A stretch of 64,000 bases of DNA, from assembly GCF_006345805.1 (NCBI RefSeq), contig NC_043000.1, positions 28,458,001 to 28,522,000 on the forward strand, in the 5' to 3' direction. Every line of letters starts with the position of its first letter. The first letter of the stretch is position 1. Below are positions 14,505-26,359 of this stretch, piece after piece. The DNA comes from Octopus sinensis (lineage: Eukaryota). The notes beneath the pieces are model-generated. The model ran no database searches. It saw only the letters and a program-made list of their open reading frames with translations, and had not been told where the DNA came from. The position numbers and the translations under genes are program-made.

Positions 14505-14671
14505 TATATAATATTTATATATATAATATATATAATATATATATATACCAAAAAATAAGCAACAAGAATGGATCAATTCCTTTTGCTTATCTTTTGTTTT
14601 AATCACCCCACATAATTTTATGGGTAATACCATAAAAAAATTCTGGTGCATCTAAGTTAAGTACCATATAC

Positions 14672-14726
<55 letters not shown>

Positions 14727-14769
14727 TATATGTATATATTCATTATATATACACAGGTCGATTGTAGCG

Positions 14770-14945
14770 ATTTTTCCTCCGTCTTCGTTTCTATTGAACT
14801 TTCGTCTGTCTCCTGTTTCTGAACAAGAGCTTTGTTCGAAACGTAAAACCACCTTTTTTCCCTTCCCTGAGTGTCTGTTAATTGTTTGCATGTATCACGT
14901 CCTGCGTTGTTTTTTTCTCTTTGTCGTGTATTTTTTACATTTTTT
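14770..14945 (+). mobile_element. Penelope-like short repeat with degenerate minimal hammerhead (14815-14849)
   Basis: gttt-ctgaaca-a-gagc/ttt/gttc-gaaa-cgta-aaac. Confidence 0.55.
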
Positions 14946-14948
14946 GTA

Positions 14949-14989
<41 letters not shown>

Positions 14990-15194
14990 TTATATATATA
15001 TATATATGCATCACACATATACATACCTATATGTATATATAGACATATATATTTATATATGTCTATATATATATCACAATCAAGGAACGGCCAAATAGGC
15101 CATTCACCCACTAGAAATAACAGCCAAAAAGCTTCAACCGCCAAAATAACATTAATTCCGTAAACCAGGAGAAAATAAAAACATTTACCCTGAA

Positions 15195-15302
15195 ATTCCT
15201 TATACGATGCACCGTTTCGTCTACTGGTTAATGGTAAACTAACCTGATTAAAAATTAAATCAACCAATCCACCATAGGCCCTTAGATTCATCAGTAAGGA
15301 AT
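15195..15302 (-). ncRNA. Type I hammerhead ribozyme (copy 1)
   Basis: AUUCCUUA-CUGAUGA-A-UCUA...UAGA-C-GAAA-CGG(UGCA)UCG-UA/UAAGGAAU; predicted cleavage between 15203 and 15202. Confidence 0.8.
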
Positions 15303-15683
15303 AGCCAAATCGGAACAGATATTTTTCACGAGGCATTCCCGTCCATGCCTCGCCAATATCTGACCTAAAATTTTCAAATCGTCGCACTCGCGCCAAATTT
15401 ATCGGCAGCAAATAAATATAAGCCGCCGATTCCATTACGGAACCAACCAGAAAATTCATAATTAATCAATATAGGGAGGCAAAAAAATTTTGTAGAATTC
15501 TTTTGCCCCAGGGCCTAGTGGGAAAAAATTAAATAGTCATAAACCATTTTTAAGTTCAATATCACAATCAAGGAACGGCCATAATAGGCCATTCACCCAC
15601 TAGAAATAACAGCCAAAAAGCTTCAACCGCAAAATAACATTAATTCCGTAAACCAGGAGAAAATTAAAAAACATTTACCTGAA

Positions 15684-15788
15684 ATCCTTATACGATGCAC
15701 CGTTTCGTCTATGTTTAATGGTAAACTAACCTGATTAAATTAAATCAAGCCAATCCACCATAGGCCCTTAGATTCATCAGTAAGGAAT
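15684..15788 (-). ncRNA. Type I hammerhead ribozyme (copy 2)
   Basis: Same core; stem I is one base shorter; predicted cleavage between 15691 and 15690. Confidence 0.75.
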
Positions 15789-16054
15789 AGCCAAATTGAA
15801 CTTAAAAATGGTTTATGACTATTTAATTTTTTCCCACTAGGCCGCTGGGGGCAAAAGAATTCTACAAAATTTTTTTGCCTCCCTATATTGATTAATTATG
15901 AATTTTCTGGTTGGTTCCGTAATGGAATCGGCGGCTTATATTTATTTGCTGCCGATAAATTTGGCGCGAGTGCGACGATTTGAAAATTTTAGGTCAGATA
16001 TTGGCGAGGCATGGACGGGAATGCCTCGTGAAAAATATCTGTTCCGATTTGGCT

Positions 16055-16160
16055 ATTCCTTACTGATGAATCTAAGGGCCTATGGTGGATTGGCTTGATT
16101 AATTTAATCAGGTTAGTTTACCATTAAACAGTAGACGAAACGGTGCATCGTATAAGGAAT
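16055..16160 (+). ncRNA. Type I hammerhead ribozyme (copy 3)
   Basis: Stem I 16055-16062/16153-16160 (8 bp); CUGAUGA 16063-16069; stem II UCUA/UAGA extended by a long G.U-rich hairpin; GAAA 16137-16140; stem III ACGG/UCGU with UGCA loop; GUA cleavage after 16152. Confidence 0.82.
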
Positions 16161-16542
16161 TTCAGGGTAAATGTTTTTTAATTTTCTCCTGGTTTACGGA
16201 ATTAATGTTATTTTGCGGTTGAAGCTTTTTGGCTGTTATTTCTAGGGGGTGAATGGCCTATTATGGCCGTTCCTTGATTGTGATATTGAACTTAAAAATG
16301 GTTTATGACTATTAATTTTTTCCCACTAGGCCGCTGGGGGCAAAAGAATTCTACAAAATTTTTTTGCCTCCCTATATTGATTAATTATGAATTTTCTGGT
16401 TGGTTCCGTAATGGAATCGGCGGCTTATATTATTTGCTGCCGATAAATTTGGCGCGAGTGCGACGATTTGAAAATTTTAGGTCAGATATTGGCGAGGCAT
16501 GGACGGGAATGCCTCGTGAAAAATATCTGTTCCGATTTGGCT

Positions 16543-16650
16543 ATTCCTTACTGATGAATCTAAGGCCTATGGTGGATTGGCTTGATTTAATTTAATCAGG
16601 TTAGTTTACCATTAAACAGTAGACGAAACGGTGGTCATCGTATAAGGAAT
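16543..16650 (+). ncRNA. Type I hammerhead ribozyme (copy 4)
   Basis: Same core; 2-nt insertion in loop III; GUA cleavage after 16642. Confidence 0.78.
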
Positions 16651-16974
16651 TTCAGGGTAAATGTTTTTTAATTTTCTCCTGGTTTACGGAATTAATGTTA
16701 TTTTGCGGTTGAAGCTTTTTGGCTGTTATTTCTAGTGGGTGAATGGCCTATTATGGCCGTTCCTTGATTGTGATATTGAACTTAAAAATGGTATATGACT
16801 ATTTAATTTTTCCACTAGGCCGCTGGGGGCAAAAGATTCTACAATATTTTTTTGCCTCCCTATATTGATTAATTATGTCTATATATATATATAATAATAT
16901 ATATATATAAGTATATATATTATATATATATATATATAATATATAAACATAGATATATATATATATAGTGAGAA

Positions 16975-17430
16975 TTTACCCAAAAATCAAAAGACGAAGA
17001 CGGGTGTGTAAACAGCAAACAGCTGTTTTAATTTAACCCTCGGGAAGTGAGAAAATGTTTTACGTTTCGAGCCTACGCTCTTCGACAGAAAGAAACACAG
17101 AAATAAACGGGGACAGAAAATAGAAAAAAGGTTTAGTGGCTAACGATCTATGATAATGGTAAATACCGGAAAGAGGTGTCACACAGGAGAGCTAGGAAGA
17201 AGGAGAGATAATAAAGTAGTGGATGTAATAAAGTAGCGATGATCCCAATACGAAGGTGCGCGTGCGTGTTTATGTGCTTGTGGAAGGGAGATGGTGACAT
17301 TGACGTACGCGTGTGTGGATATGTAGGTGTATGGATGATGGCGTGTGCGCTAGGAAGTGATCAGTGCTAGCGTGTGCGGGGTGGTGTGATGTGGTGTGGT
17401 GTGGTGGTGTGTGGTGGGTATCTATGTTAG
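16975..17430 (-). mobile_element. Penelope-like repeat with variant minimal hammerhead (17058-17091)
   Basis: Minus strand ttt-ctgtcga-a-gagc/gtag/gctc-gaaa-cgta-aaa. Confidence 0.5.
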
Positions 17431-17549
17431 TCATTATTCAGTTTTATTCCAAGATTTCTTGCCAACAGAGAAAATGCCGGTTTCTAACCTAGATCCAAGG
17501 CTCCTTCATTGGAGTTTCAACATTAAAAACGGGGTATTTTGTATGTATG

Positions 17550-17583
<34 letters not shown>

Positions 17584-18347
17584 TGTATGTATGTATGTAT
17601 GTATGAATGAATGTATGTATGTATGTATGTATGTATGTATGTATGTATAGAAGTGTAAAGCTCTAACTGAATGAAATATGAAAAAAGTATTGCAGAAAAA
17701 CACGTGATTGTTAAACAAAATGCGACGTTTTACCGAATTTTTTTACCGACATTTTACCGAATTTTTACCGACGTTTTACCGAATGAGACATTTTACTTGA
17801 CTGAGACTTCGCTGAACTTCAACACTTCCATGAAACTTGTTTGAAAAATATACACACGAACACATACACGCGCGCGTGATCACACACCTTCATACGCACA
17901 TGCATACATACATACGTACATACATACATTCGTACATACATACATGCAGACACACATTCGAATATATATTTAAATTTCTGCTGAGGCATGCTTTTATATA
18001 TTCATACCCGCTTACATAAGACTTTCATATCGATACGAAGATAAGTGCATGCATCTCTTACCCACAAAAAAATGTAAATACTGTAATTGCTTTGTTAAGC
18101 CCATCGCCAGTTTTCTAAAGACGGAATAATTGAGTTCATTACACAGCAGTATGTAACTCATGCCTAAGGAATGAGAGGCATCGTTCATGTCAGATGAACC
18201 TAGAGATATTAAGGTATCAGGAAGATAACTTCAAGTATACAGTTTTGTTTTACTTTGCTTCCACCGCCTTTCATACAGATATATACCTACATAGGGGCAC
18301 ATACTCATATATACATGCGGGGATACACACATGCATACATACTTACA

Positions 18348-18414
<67 letters not shown>

Positions 18415-18599
18415 CAGAGAGACAGACAGACAGACAGACAGAAGACAGAGACAGACAGAGACAGACAGATAGAGATGGGGAGTAAGAAAAAATAATATAG
18501 ATATATAAATATATAGAAAGATAGACAGATATATATACATGCACATGTGAGTATGTGGTGTTTGTGTTTATGCATATCTATCTATCTATCTATATATAT

Positions 18600-18687
<88 letters not shown>

Positions 18688-19029
18688 TAGATAGATAGAT
18701 AGATAGAAGATAGATAGACAGACAGGCAGACAGATAGGTAGATAGGTATAGATATATATGTACATACATATATGTATATATATATGTATGTATACACATA
18801 TATTTATACACACACACACATATATATATGTATGTACGTATGTATGTATGTATGTATGCATGCATGTGTGTATGTATGTATGTATGTGTGTATGAGCGTA
18901 GGCGTGTGCAAGTTAGTGTTTTCGTGTATATATTTGTGTACATATTTTAAGTACACTGTATTTAGATATAGGTACGGTGTGTGCATATATTATGGACGGT
19001 CTCGCAGCCTCTATCCAAACTGATATAAG

Positions 19030-19076
<47 letters not shown>

Positions 19077-20544
19077 ATGTATGCATGCGCGTGTGTACTG
19101 AGATAGATGGGGGAGAGAATGAGGGATGCCAATGTATAAAGTAATGATTTGTTTATTATGTGGAGTAGATTCGGTGAAAAGAGAGGAGCAAGACAAGATC
19201 GTGCGCACCGTGTGTGCAATTCTACTGGCAAGCAATCGCATCAGAGAAATGTTGACAGTGTTTCACGAAGAAGAAAGGCAGTAAACTGTACCGGTCTCAG
19301 CACGGAAAGAAAGAGGATGAGGAAGATGAGTTAAATCTAATGAAAAGGCATCAAACCGCAAAACTAATTACCAGTTTATTATACAAATGCTGCACGACTG
19401 ATAATCTGCGGAAAATTGAGAGAAATCCATTAATTTGGAAATTAAGATGGGATCTAACTTTGCTGCCGGTGACGAGTGATATTACGTTTTAAATTAGATC
19501 AACTAAGAAGTAAGTGAGGCGGTGGATGAGTGGCCACAACAAGACTATGCAATAAACCTTTCTAACAAATACAACTCACGTTGTTCGTAACAAATCCAGT
19601 TTGTTTGTTTCTTTGTTCGTTTGGTTTTTCTGCTTTCGATTTTTATTTACATATTTTACTTTTCTAATTTACAATTAAATAAAAGGGTGAGGTTGTTGGT
19701 TTAACTGTTTGGTAGGGCTGTTGTTAAGTGGTTTGGAATTGATTCAATTACCCGTGTTAAATTAAAAGGATGGACAAAATTCGTTTAAGGATCGGCGTTG
19801 TTGGTAATATTTCCACTTTCTTTTCTTTCTTCTAAGAAACAGTGAACCCTGAAATTGAGACACTTTTCACAAAAATAACCCTTAGTGGTTAAGTGAAACC
19901 ATTTGTCGAAAGTACAGGGCAGAAATTCACCGCTGATAACCCTTTTAATGCTCCCACTTACCGTTGCTAATGCTGCGGGTAATACTGTCGAATTCAAGAA
20001 GAGAAATGTTTGAATGAAGAAATCATGGGATATAAAAAATACGAGATTAACGTGATCCACTTCAGCTTGTAGCAAACTCTGCAGTTCAATCATTCAGATG
20101 ATAAGCCTTTTCTATAAAACCACGGTTGTGTTAATGCGATAATTGGATGCAGTCAATAGTCAACAATAATTTCGTTGACCCAATCAATTCAAACTCAAAA
20201 TTCTAAGAATCAAAAGATAAATACAAAATTGCATAACGCCCAGAATGATTTTCATTGCCTGTGTTGGGAACATCATCTCCATCACGAGACCTGCATAACA
20301 ACAGCAAGATCAAAATAATTAAGTTAGTGCAAGATACTGTTGGAGTTTAGCCCAGGTCAGCCCCTATGGAACTCTCCTATGATGGGAATATGTTCTAGCC
20401 ATGATAACTCCGTTTTTGTTAACAATGACGGAGGTAACTAGCATTGTATTAATATTGTATTTCATAATTCAGCAGATATTATTTGTGGAAGTTCGTAGCA
20501 GGTTCAGTAAACATATAAAGTCTCCTTCGGCGCCTCGTAGAACT

Positions 20545-20772
20545 AAATTCTTTACTGCCCACAAGGAGCTACACATAGAGAGGACAAACAAGGACAAACG
20601 GATTGAGTCGATTATATCGATCCTCAGTGCGTAACTGGTACTTATTTAGTCGACCCCGAAAGGATGAAAGGCAAAGTCAACCTCGGCAGAATTTGAACTC
20701 AGAACGTAAAGACAGACGAAATAATGCTAAGCATTTCGCCCGGCGTGCTAACGTTTCTGCCAGCTCGCCTCG
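20545..20772 (-). mobile_element. SINE family A
   Basis: Full head-to-tail match to the other family A copies. Confidence 0.85.
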
Positions 20773-21339
20773 TATAACTAAATTCTGTTATTAGCGTGGA
20801 GATATCAGAATGAAAACTTTAAAATCTTTAAAATTTAGCGATAATAGTATTGGCTAGTAAAGTGCCTGCAACGAGATATTAGCCCTCAGCCTTTGCTCCA
20901 TCGACTCAAGTTTAAGAAGTCATTTACATACATTGATATATTCATATGCATGTGCACGGTGTATGTTAGTATGGTGCACATATCTGTGTACAAGGAATAT
21001 AGAGGGCGCACCATTGATATACACACTACGCTTTTAGGTAATCACAACGGAATTTATAATAGATTTGAAGGCATAAAGTAATATTTTAAACAAGGTATAA
21101 CATTTTATTTAAATATATGTTAGTTGGTATAATGCAGTGAACATCAACACATCAGCGAGATTATACAAAATATGTATACTGTGGCGAAAAGACAGAGTTA
21201 ACTCGATGTCTATAATGATTTTAATTATTTTAACAAGTACAGGAGACAATTGCTACACAGGTTTCGGTTTTATTAAACTTTCTGAGTATAACGTAGATTT
21301 TTAGACGAAGGAATCGACCCCAGTATTTAATTTTTTAAA

Positions 21340-22020
21340 GCCTGGCATTTATCGTATTGGTTTGTTTTCCCGAACCGCTAAATTACGAGGACGTAAACCC
21401 ACAAATACCAGTTGTCAAGCGACGGTGGTAGAGGTGGTGGTGGTGGTGGTGGTGGTGGTGGACAAATACAGACACAAAGATACACAACCACACACATGCA
21501 TATATATATATGTAGGAGCACTCCATCGGTTGCTTTGACGAGGGTCCCAGCTGATACGATCAACGGAACAGCTTCCTCATGAAATTAACGTGCAAATGGC
21601 TGAGCAATCCACAGACACGTGTACCCTTAATGTAGTTCTCAAGGAGATTCAGCGTGACAGAGGGAGTGAAAAGGCTGGCCCTTTGAAATACAGGTACTAC
21701 TAATTTTTGCCAGCTGAATGGACTGGAGCAACCTGAAATAAAGTGTCTTGTTCAAGGACACAACGCGTCGCGGGTAATTGAACTCACGACAATACGATCG
21801 TGAGTCGAATGCCCTAACCACTAAGCCACACGCCTTCACTTATACATATATATACAGCAGACAGGCTTCTTTCAGTTTCCCTCGACCAAATCCACTCACA
21901 AGTCTTTGATTGGCCCGAGGCTATAATAGGAGACATTTGCCCAAGATGCCACACAGTGGTTGTGAAACCGAAACAGTCTAATTTGGAAGCACACTTCTTA
22001 CCACACGGCCACGACTGTAC
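21340..22020 (-). mobile_element. SINE family B split by a nested SINE in its internal microsatellite linker
   Basis: Head at 21855-22020, 3' half at 21340-21490, separated by 21510-21838. Confidence 0.7.
21510..21838 (-). mobile_element. tRNA-derived SINE (head Y, tail D)
   Basis: Head GGCGTGTGGCTTAGTGGTTAGG...GAGTTCAATT; tail tacctgtatttcaaagggccagcc shared with 3807-4177. Confidence 0.8.
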
Positions 22021-22396
22021 CTATCAGATATCCTCCTTCACCTAAGCTTTTTTGAAATTATTTCTTCTGATATTTATCGTATCAACTGCTGCTCTAAAAT
22101 TGATGTTCAAAAGATTAGTAAGTGTATTTTAACTTGGAGGAATAGCTCGAGGGAATGACTTGGATTCATATGAAGACCAGGTGTTACAGTCAAGTTTAAT
22201 CTACATAATATATTTAGCCGACATTTATTTCCTTTGTCGTGTATCCATGAGTGGAGACTTGGTAAGTGTTCTTGCAGCTTCTTGTCAGCTATATCCTTTC
22301 TACTACAGGCACAAGGCCTGGAATTTGGTGGGAGGAGGGGAGTTGTCGATGATGAGAGGCAAAGTCGACCTCGGCGGAATTATTGTCTGCAATATC

Positions 22397-22632
22397 TATT
22401 TCTTTACTACACTCAAGGGGCTAAACACAGAGTGGGACAAACAAGGACAGACACACGGATTAAGTCGATTATATCGACCCCAGTGCGTAACTGGTACTTA
22501 TTTAATCGACCCCGAAAGGATGAAAGGCAAAGTCGACCTCGGCGGAATTTGAACTCAGAACGTAGCGGCAGACGAAATACGGCTACGCATTTCGCCCGGC
22601 GTGCTAACGTTTCTGCCAGCTCGCTGCCTTTC
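22397..22632 (-). mobile_element. SINE family A with 15-bp target-site duplication
   Basis: attgtctgcaatatc at 22382-22396 and 22633-22647. Confidence 0.88.
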
Positions 22633-24309
22633 ATTGTCTGCAATATCGTCGACCAATGATGAAAAAGGTCAACCATTAAGAAAAAACAATTAATAAACTA
22701 AACTTGCATCCGTGATGAGAAGAAATAACCTTTATTATAAGGGTCAGCCTTGGTCGAAAGAGGTAGGGGAAACAACTTTGAAATTAATAATTAATTTGGT
22801 AAAGTAAAATATTCAGTCTCATTTCATTATGGTAACGGAATCCTCACTCTATTCCTATACTTTGTTCGATTGTGGCTATCTTTCAGCTGGGAAAGTATTG
22901 GAAGGACTATGTTTTGTCACTCTTTCTCAGGCGTAACTGCATAAAATAATTACTGGTTAAAATGTTATTAAGCTACTCCATTAGGTTACTTATTCTTACC
23001 ATGAAGAATTTAAAGTGATGTCTCCTTTGCCGACCTTAAGTTTTGATCCACAATACTCGTTACCATCATGATATAATGGCTTCCTTTAATTAAACACAAA
23101 GTTATTTTTAGCAGTTGTGAAATTGGATTTTGTGACCTATATGTTTTCCTAAGATCATTCACGTCATATATTAAGTTAGAATAATCTCAATCGGAAATCG
23201 AAACCAAACAGTAAAGTAGACCAACCCTGTACTTAACTCTTACCCTCCGGCTCTCACCCCCACCCTCCATAGAATTATTGTTACCGTTCTATATTTGTTT
23301 TATTATTGTACTTGAAAAAAAATATTTTATTAGATTTTACGATGTAGTATTTGATTCCAAAAACAAACAAAAAAAGGAAGAACTCAGAGTTGCTAAAATA
23401 TATTTCCAGAAAGTGATCTCAAGTATGTTGATTCGATTTTCAATTTATTGTTATCAGTAAGTGAAGGAGTGTAAATATTTGGCTTTTAAATACCCAATAG
23501 TTTCAGCCATTTTCAAGCTACATTTCCTTGGGGGACTGCTCGATCTCATAACCTTTAATATGCGACATTTTCATTAGAAAAATTGCGATAATTTGATATT
23601 CTTTCATCGGAAATATTGCCAGCAAATTTTTTTTGTATGTTTTACATTATTTTATTGTTTAGTTTTTGATGAGGTTACAAATTTCTGCATTATTAGATTT
23701 AACTACTTTCTACATTCGCCCTTTGTGAATAATGATAAACGAGGGGTATCAGATGCTAAGCTTTTATTTATTTATTATTATTCACAATATTGAAATGGTC
23801 GAGTGCATAAAGTAATGGACTGTTAGAACTAGGCCGAAATTTCAAACCAAACGCAGTGTTTTTATTGAGGTTCTGGGCAGGATACCAAACTGAAAGAAAT
23901 GGGCACTAAATTTCAAATAAAAGATAAAAGTACTAATCAACCATTGATAGATATCTACAATCAGGAAGCATCAATCAAAGGAATGTGACTCACGAATCAC
24001 TTGAATAAATAAATTATCTTTCACGATAACGAGTGGAATGAACAGGCAAGAAATTACAGTGGCAAACAAAATGCAGTGGTTACTTTCGTCGCCCTACATT
24101 CCGAGTTCAAATCACGGTGTAGCCAAGTTTGATTAAATAAAAGAAATAAACTGGAATCATATCAATCGATTATAGACACTCGTTGCTCTGCTGCTCCGGT
24201 TTAAGAAATATTTATTTATTACTTTTTTAAGTTGCACCTTTGACTTGCAGCCTGAAATAGAAACAAAATGGAGGTTGTGAAGTGCAGAAGTTCGCTTTGC
24301 AGCCAACAG

Positions 24310-24580
24310 GTTTCGGCGGAATTTGAACTCAGAACGTAACGGCAGACGAAATACCTATTTCTTTATTACCCACAAGGAGCTAAACACAGAGGGGACAAAC
24401 AAGGACAGACAAACGAATTAAGTCGATTACACTGAGCCCAGTGCGTAATTTATCGACCCCGAAAGGATGAAGGGCAAAGTCGACCTCGGCGGAATTTGAA
24501 CTCAGAACGTAGCGGCAGACGAAATACCGCTAAGCATTTCGCCCGGCGTGCTAACGATTCTGCCAGCTCGCCGCCTTAAT
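24310..24580 (-). mobile_element. SINE family A with tandem partial second unit
   Basis: Junction gacgaaatacc|tatttctttattacccacaagg. Confidence 0.85.
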
Positions 24581-25186
24581 GATATGTAAGTTATATTGTA
24601 ACATACAGTCAGTGGGAAGGCGACGAGCAGGCAGAATTGTTAACATTTTAGACAAGATACTTAACGGCATTTCGTCCGTCTTTATGTTTTGCCGAGGTCT
24701 ATTTTGCCCATCATCTTTTGGGATCGATGAAATAAGTACCAATTGATGACTGGATTTAATGCAATCGACATACTACCCACCCCCGAACTAGGTGGCCTTG
24801 TGCCAAATTTTGGAACTAATATACAGTCGGTGGTATCAATCTCGGATGTATATATTTTAAATCATAATTTTATATGTGTAACTTCCGTGTGTATGTTTGT
24901 GGACGGAGTATGACCAAATGGCTAAAAAGTTCGATTAACAGCCACGATTAACAGCTAAAAAGTTCGATTAACAGCCACGGCGCCGTATCTTTAGCAAGTG
25001 ACATGGCCGGATTGCTGGTGCCATGAATCCTCATATCCTTAGGAGTTTTAGGTTTATATTTCAGTATTAGTTAGCCTCACAACTGTGAAATTTAGCAGAT
25101 ATGTTAATACCTAATTTCGGTAATAACTAATTTACTATACACCATATATACACACACACACTCTCACACATACACACACACACATA

Positions 25187-25232
<46 letters not shown>

Positions 25233-25272
25233 ATATATATATAGAGACATATATATATATTTATATATAGGT

Positions 25273-25391
25273 AGTATCAGCGCGCTGACATAGCAGTCAA
25301 ATTTACTAAATCTCAAGTTTTAGGGATCTTTCAGTTTTGTGTTTAAGTGAAAACTTAATCCTTTCGACTGCTATGTTAGCATGTCGGTACT
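25273..25391. repeat. Short imperfect inverted repeat (26-bp arms, ~65-bp spacer), possible tiny MITE
   Basis: agtatcagcgcgctgacatagcagtc ... gactgctatgttagcatgtcggtact. Confidence 0.45.
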
Positions 25392-25478
25392 GTCTGTTAG
25401 TATATTTAATTATTAATTGATACTTTTTACATTTATGGGATTTTTACGCATGCTAAGCCATTGATATTATTATAAACA

Positions 25479-26273
25479 ACTAGCAGCATAGCCCGGCGTT
25501 GCCCGGGTATGTAAGAGCCCCTAGTAGGCAACGACTAATCCCAATCTAGTCCTTTCCCTCTAGGGAACGAAGGCGCATGTGTAGGTTGCAATGTCTTCTC
25601 TTCACTCCCAAATAACTATCAAACAGCTATCGATAATTCAACCCAACCAATTCCTACCAGGAAGAAATTACATTCGAGACTTTACCCCCAACACCGCCAC
25701 TTCTGCTAATAGCTGCTGCAGCCGCAAGTTATTCGAATAATTTTTTTGTTTACACTTTCTTTATAACTACCACCCCAAACGTTTTACCTTAAATTTTTGA
25801 CGTACCCTAAGGGTCCTCGGACGCTACTTGCAAACTCTTGGTTTCGCTTTTGTCGTGTGCACCAAAAAACCTTTTCCATTCGTTTGTTCAGTTTGGTCAC
25901 TTTTGACTTTTTCGTTGTTGTCACTCACATTGCTGTCCGCTTTTTTGCCGTTTTTGTACATCTTTATACATTTTGGGATACTTACCCCACGTGTTCCGAG
26001 AGTTAAAAAGGTCGAGTTGCGTCCCCTAGACAGTCTGTAGAAAATGTGTTGCATATAAAAAGCTTAGATTCTCGACCCATGTCGAATTTATCGATTTTAT
26101 TTCAGAACTGGGGGAACTTTTCAAACTTTCAAACGCTGCGTTAGTTTTGAATTATGACATTGGGCTATGTGTGTGTCAAGTTTCATCAGAATCGGTTGAA
26201 AGCCGTGGTCAGGGTGAGGGTACAACCTGACAGACACACAGACAGACAAACTGCCGTTTATATATAGATAGAT
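25479..26273 (+). mobile_element. Non-autonomous Helitron/Helentron-like (Lep1/DINE-1-like) element
   Basis: 5' ACTAGC with hairpin CCCGGCGTTGCCCGGG (25492-25507); 3' AAGTTTCATCAGAATCGG...(GACA)n...TTTATATATAGAT. Confidence 0.65.
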
Positions 26274-26278
26274 AATAT

Positions 26279-26320
<42 letters not shown>

Positions 26321-26359
26321 TTTCAAAATGTAATCACATTTGAATCGTTGGCGATCATT

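Larger units (their letters stand above)
15071..16877. mobile_element. Retrozyme-like insertion: ~3.7 tandem copies of a ~490-bp hammerhead-bearing unit, left arm (15071-15796) inverted relative to right arm (15795-16877), 17-bp candidate TSD
   Basis: Near-identical units are readable directly; predicted cleavage sites are 490 nt apart (+) and 488 nt apart (-); tatgtctatatatatat occurs at 15058-15074 and 16874-16890. Confidence 0.8.

Noticed and set aside
14935-16595. Repeated ORF MNFLVGSVMESAAYIYLLPINLARVRR... in each 490-bp unit
   Set aside because: Length and frame differ among copies (174, 66, 96 aa), no recognisable domain, the frame is not kept in the 58-kb relative, and sequence changes fit RNA pairing rather than codons.
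17460-17520. Minus-strand ccaatgaagg...agaaaccggc motif resembling a hammerhead
   Set aside because: Core lacks CUGA and the NUH site; cannot be supported.
19785-20093. 102-aa minus-strand ORF with an internal ACG|GTAAGT donor-like site
   Set aside because: No recognisable domain, weak acceptor, no neighbouring exons; compatible with chance.
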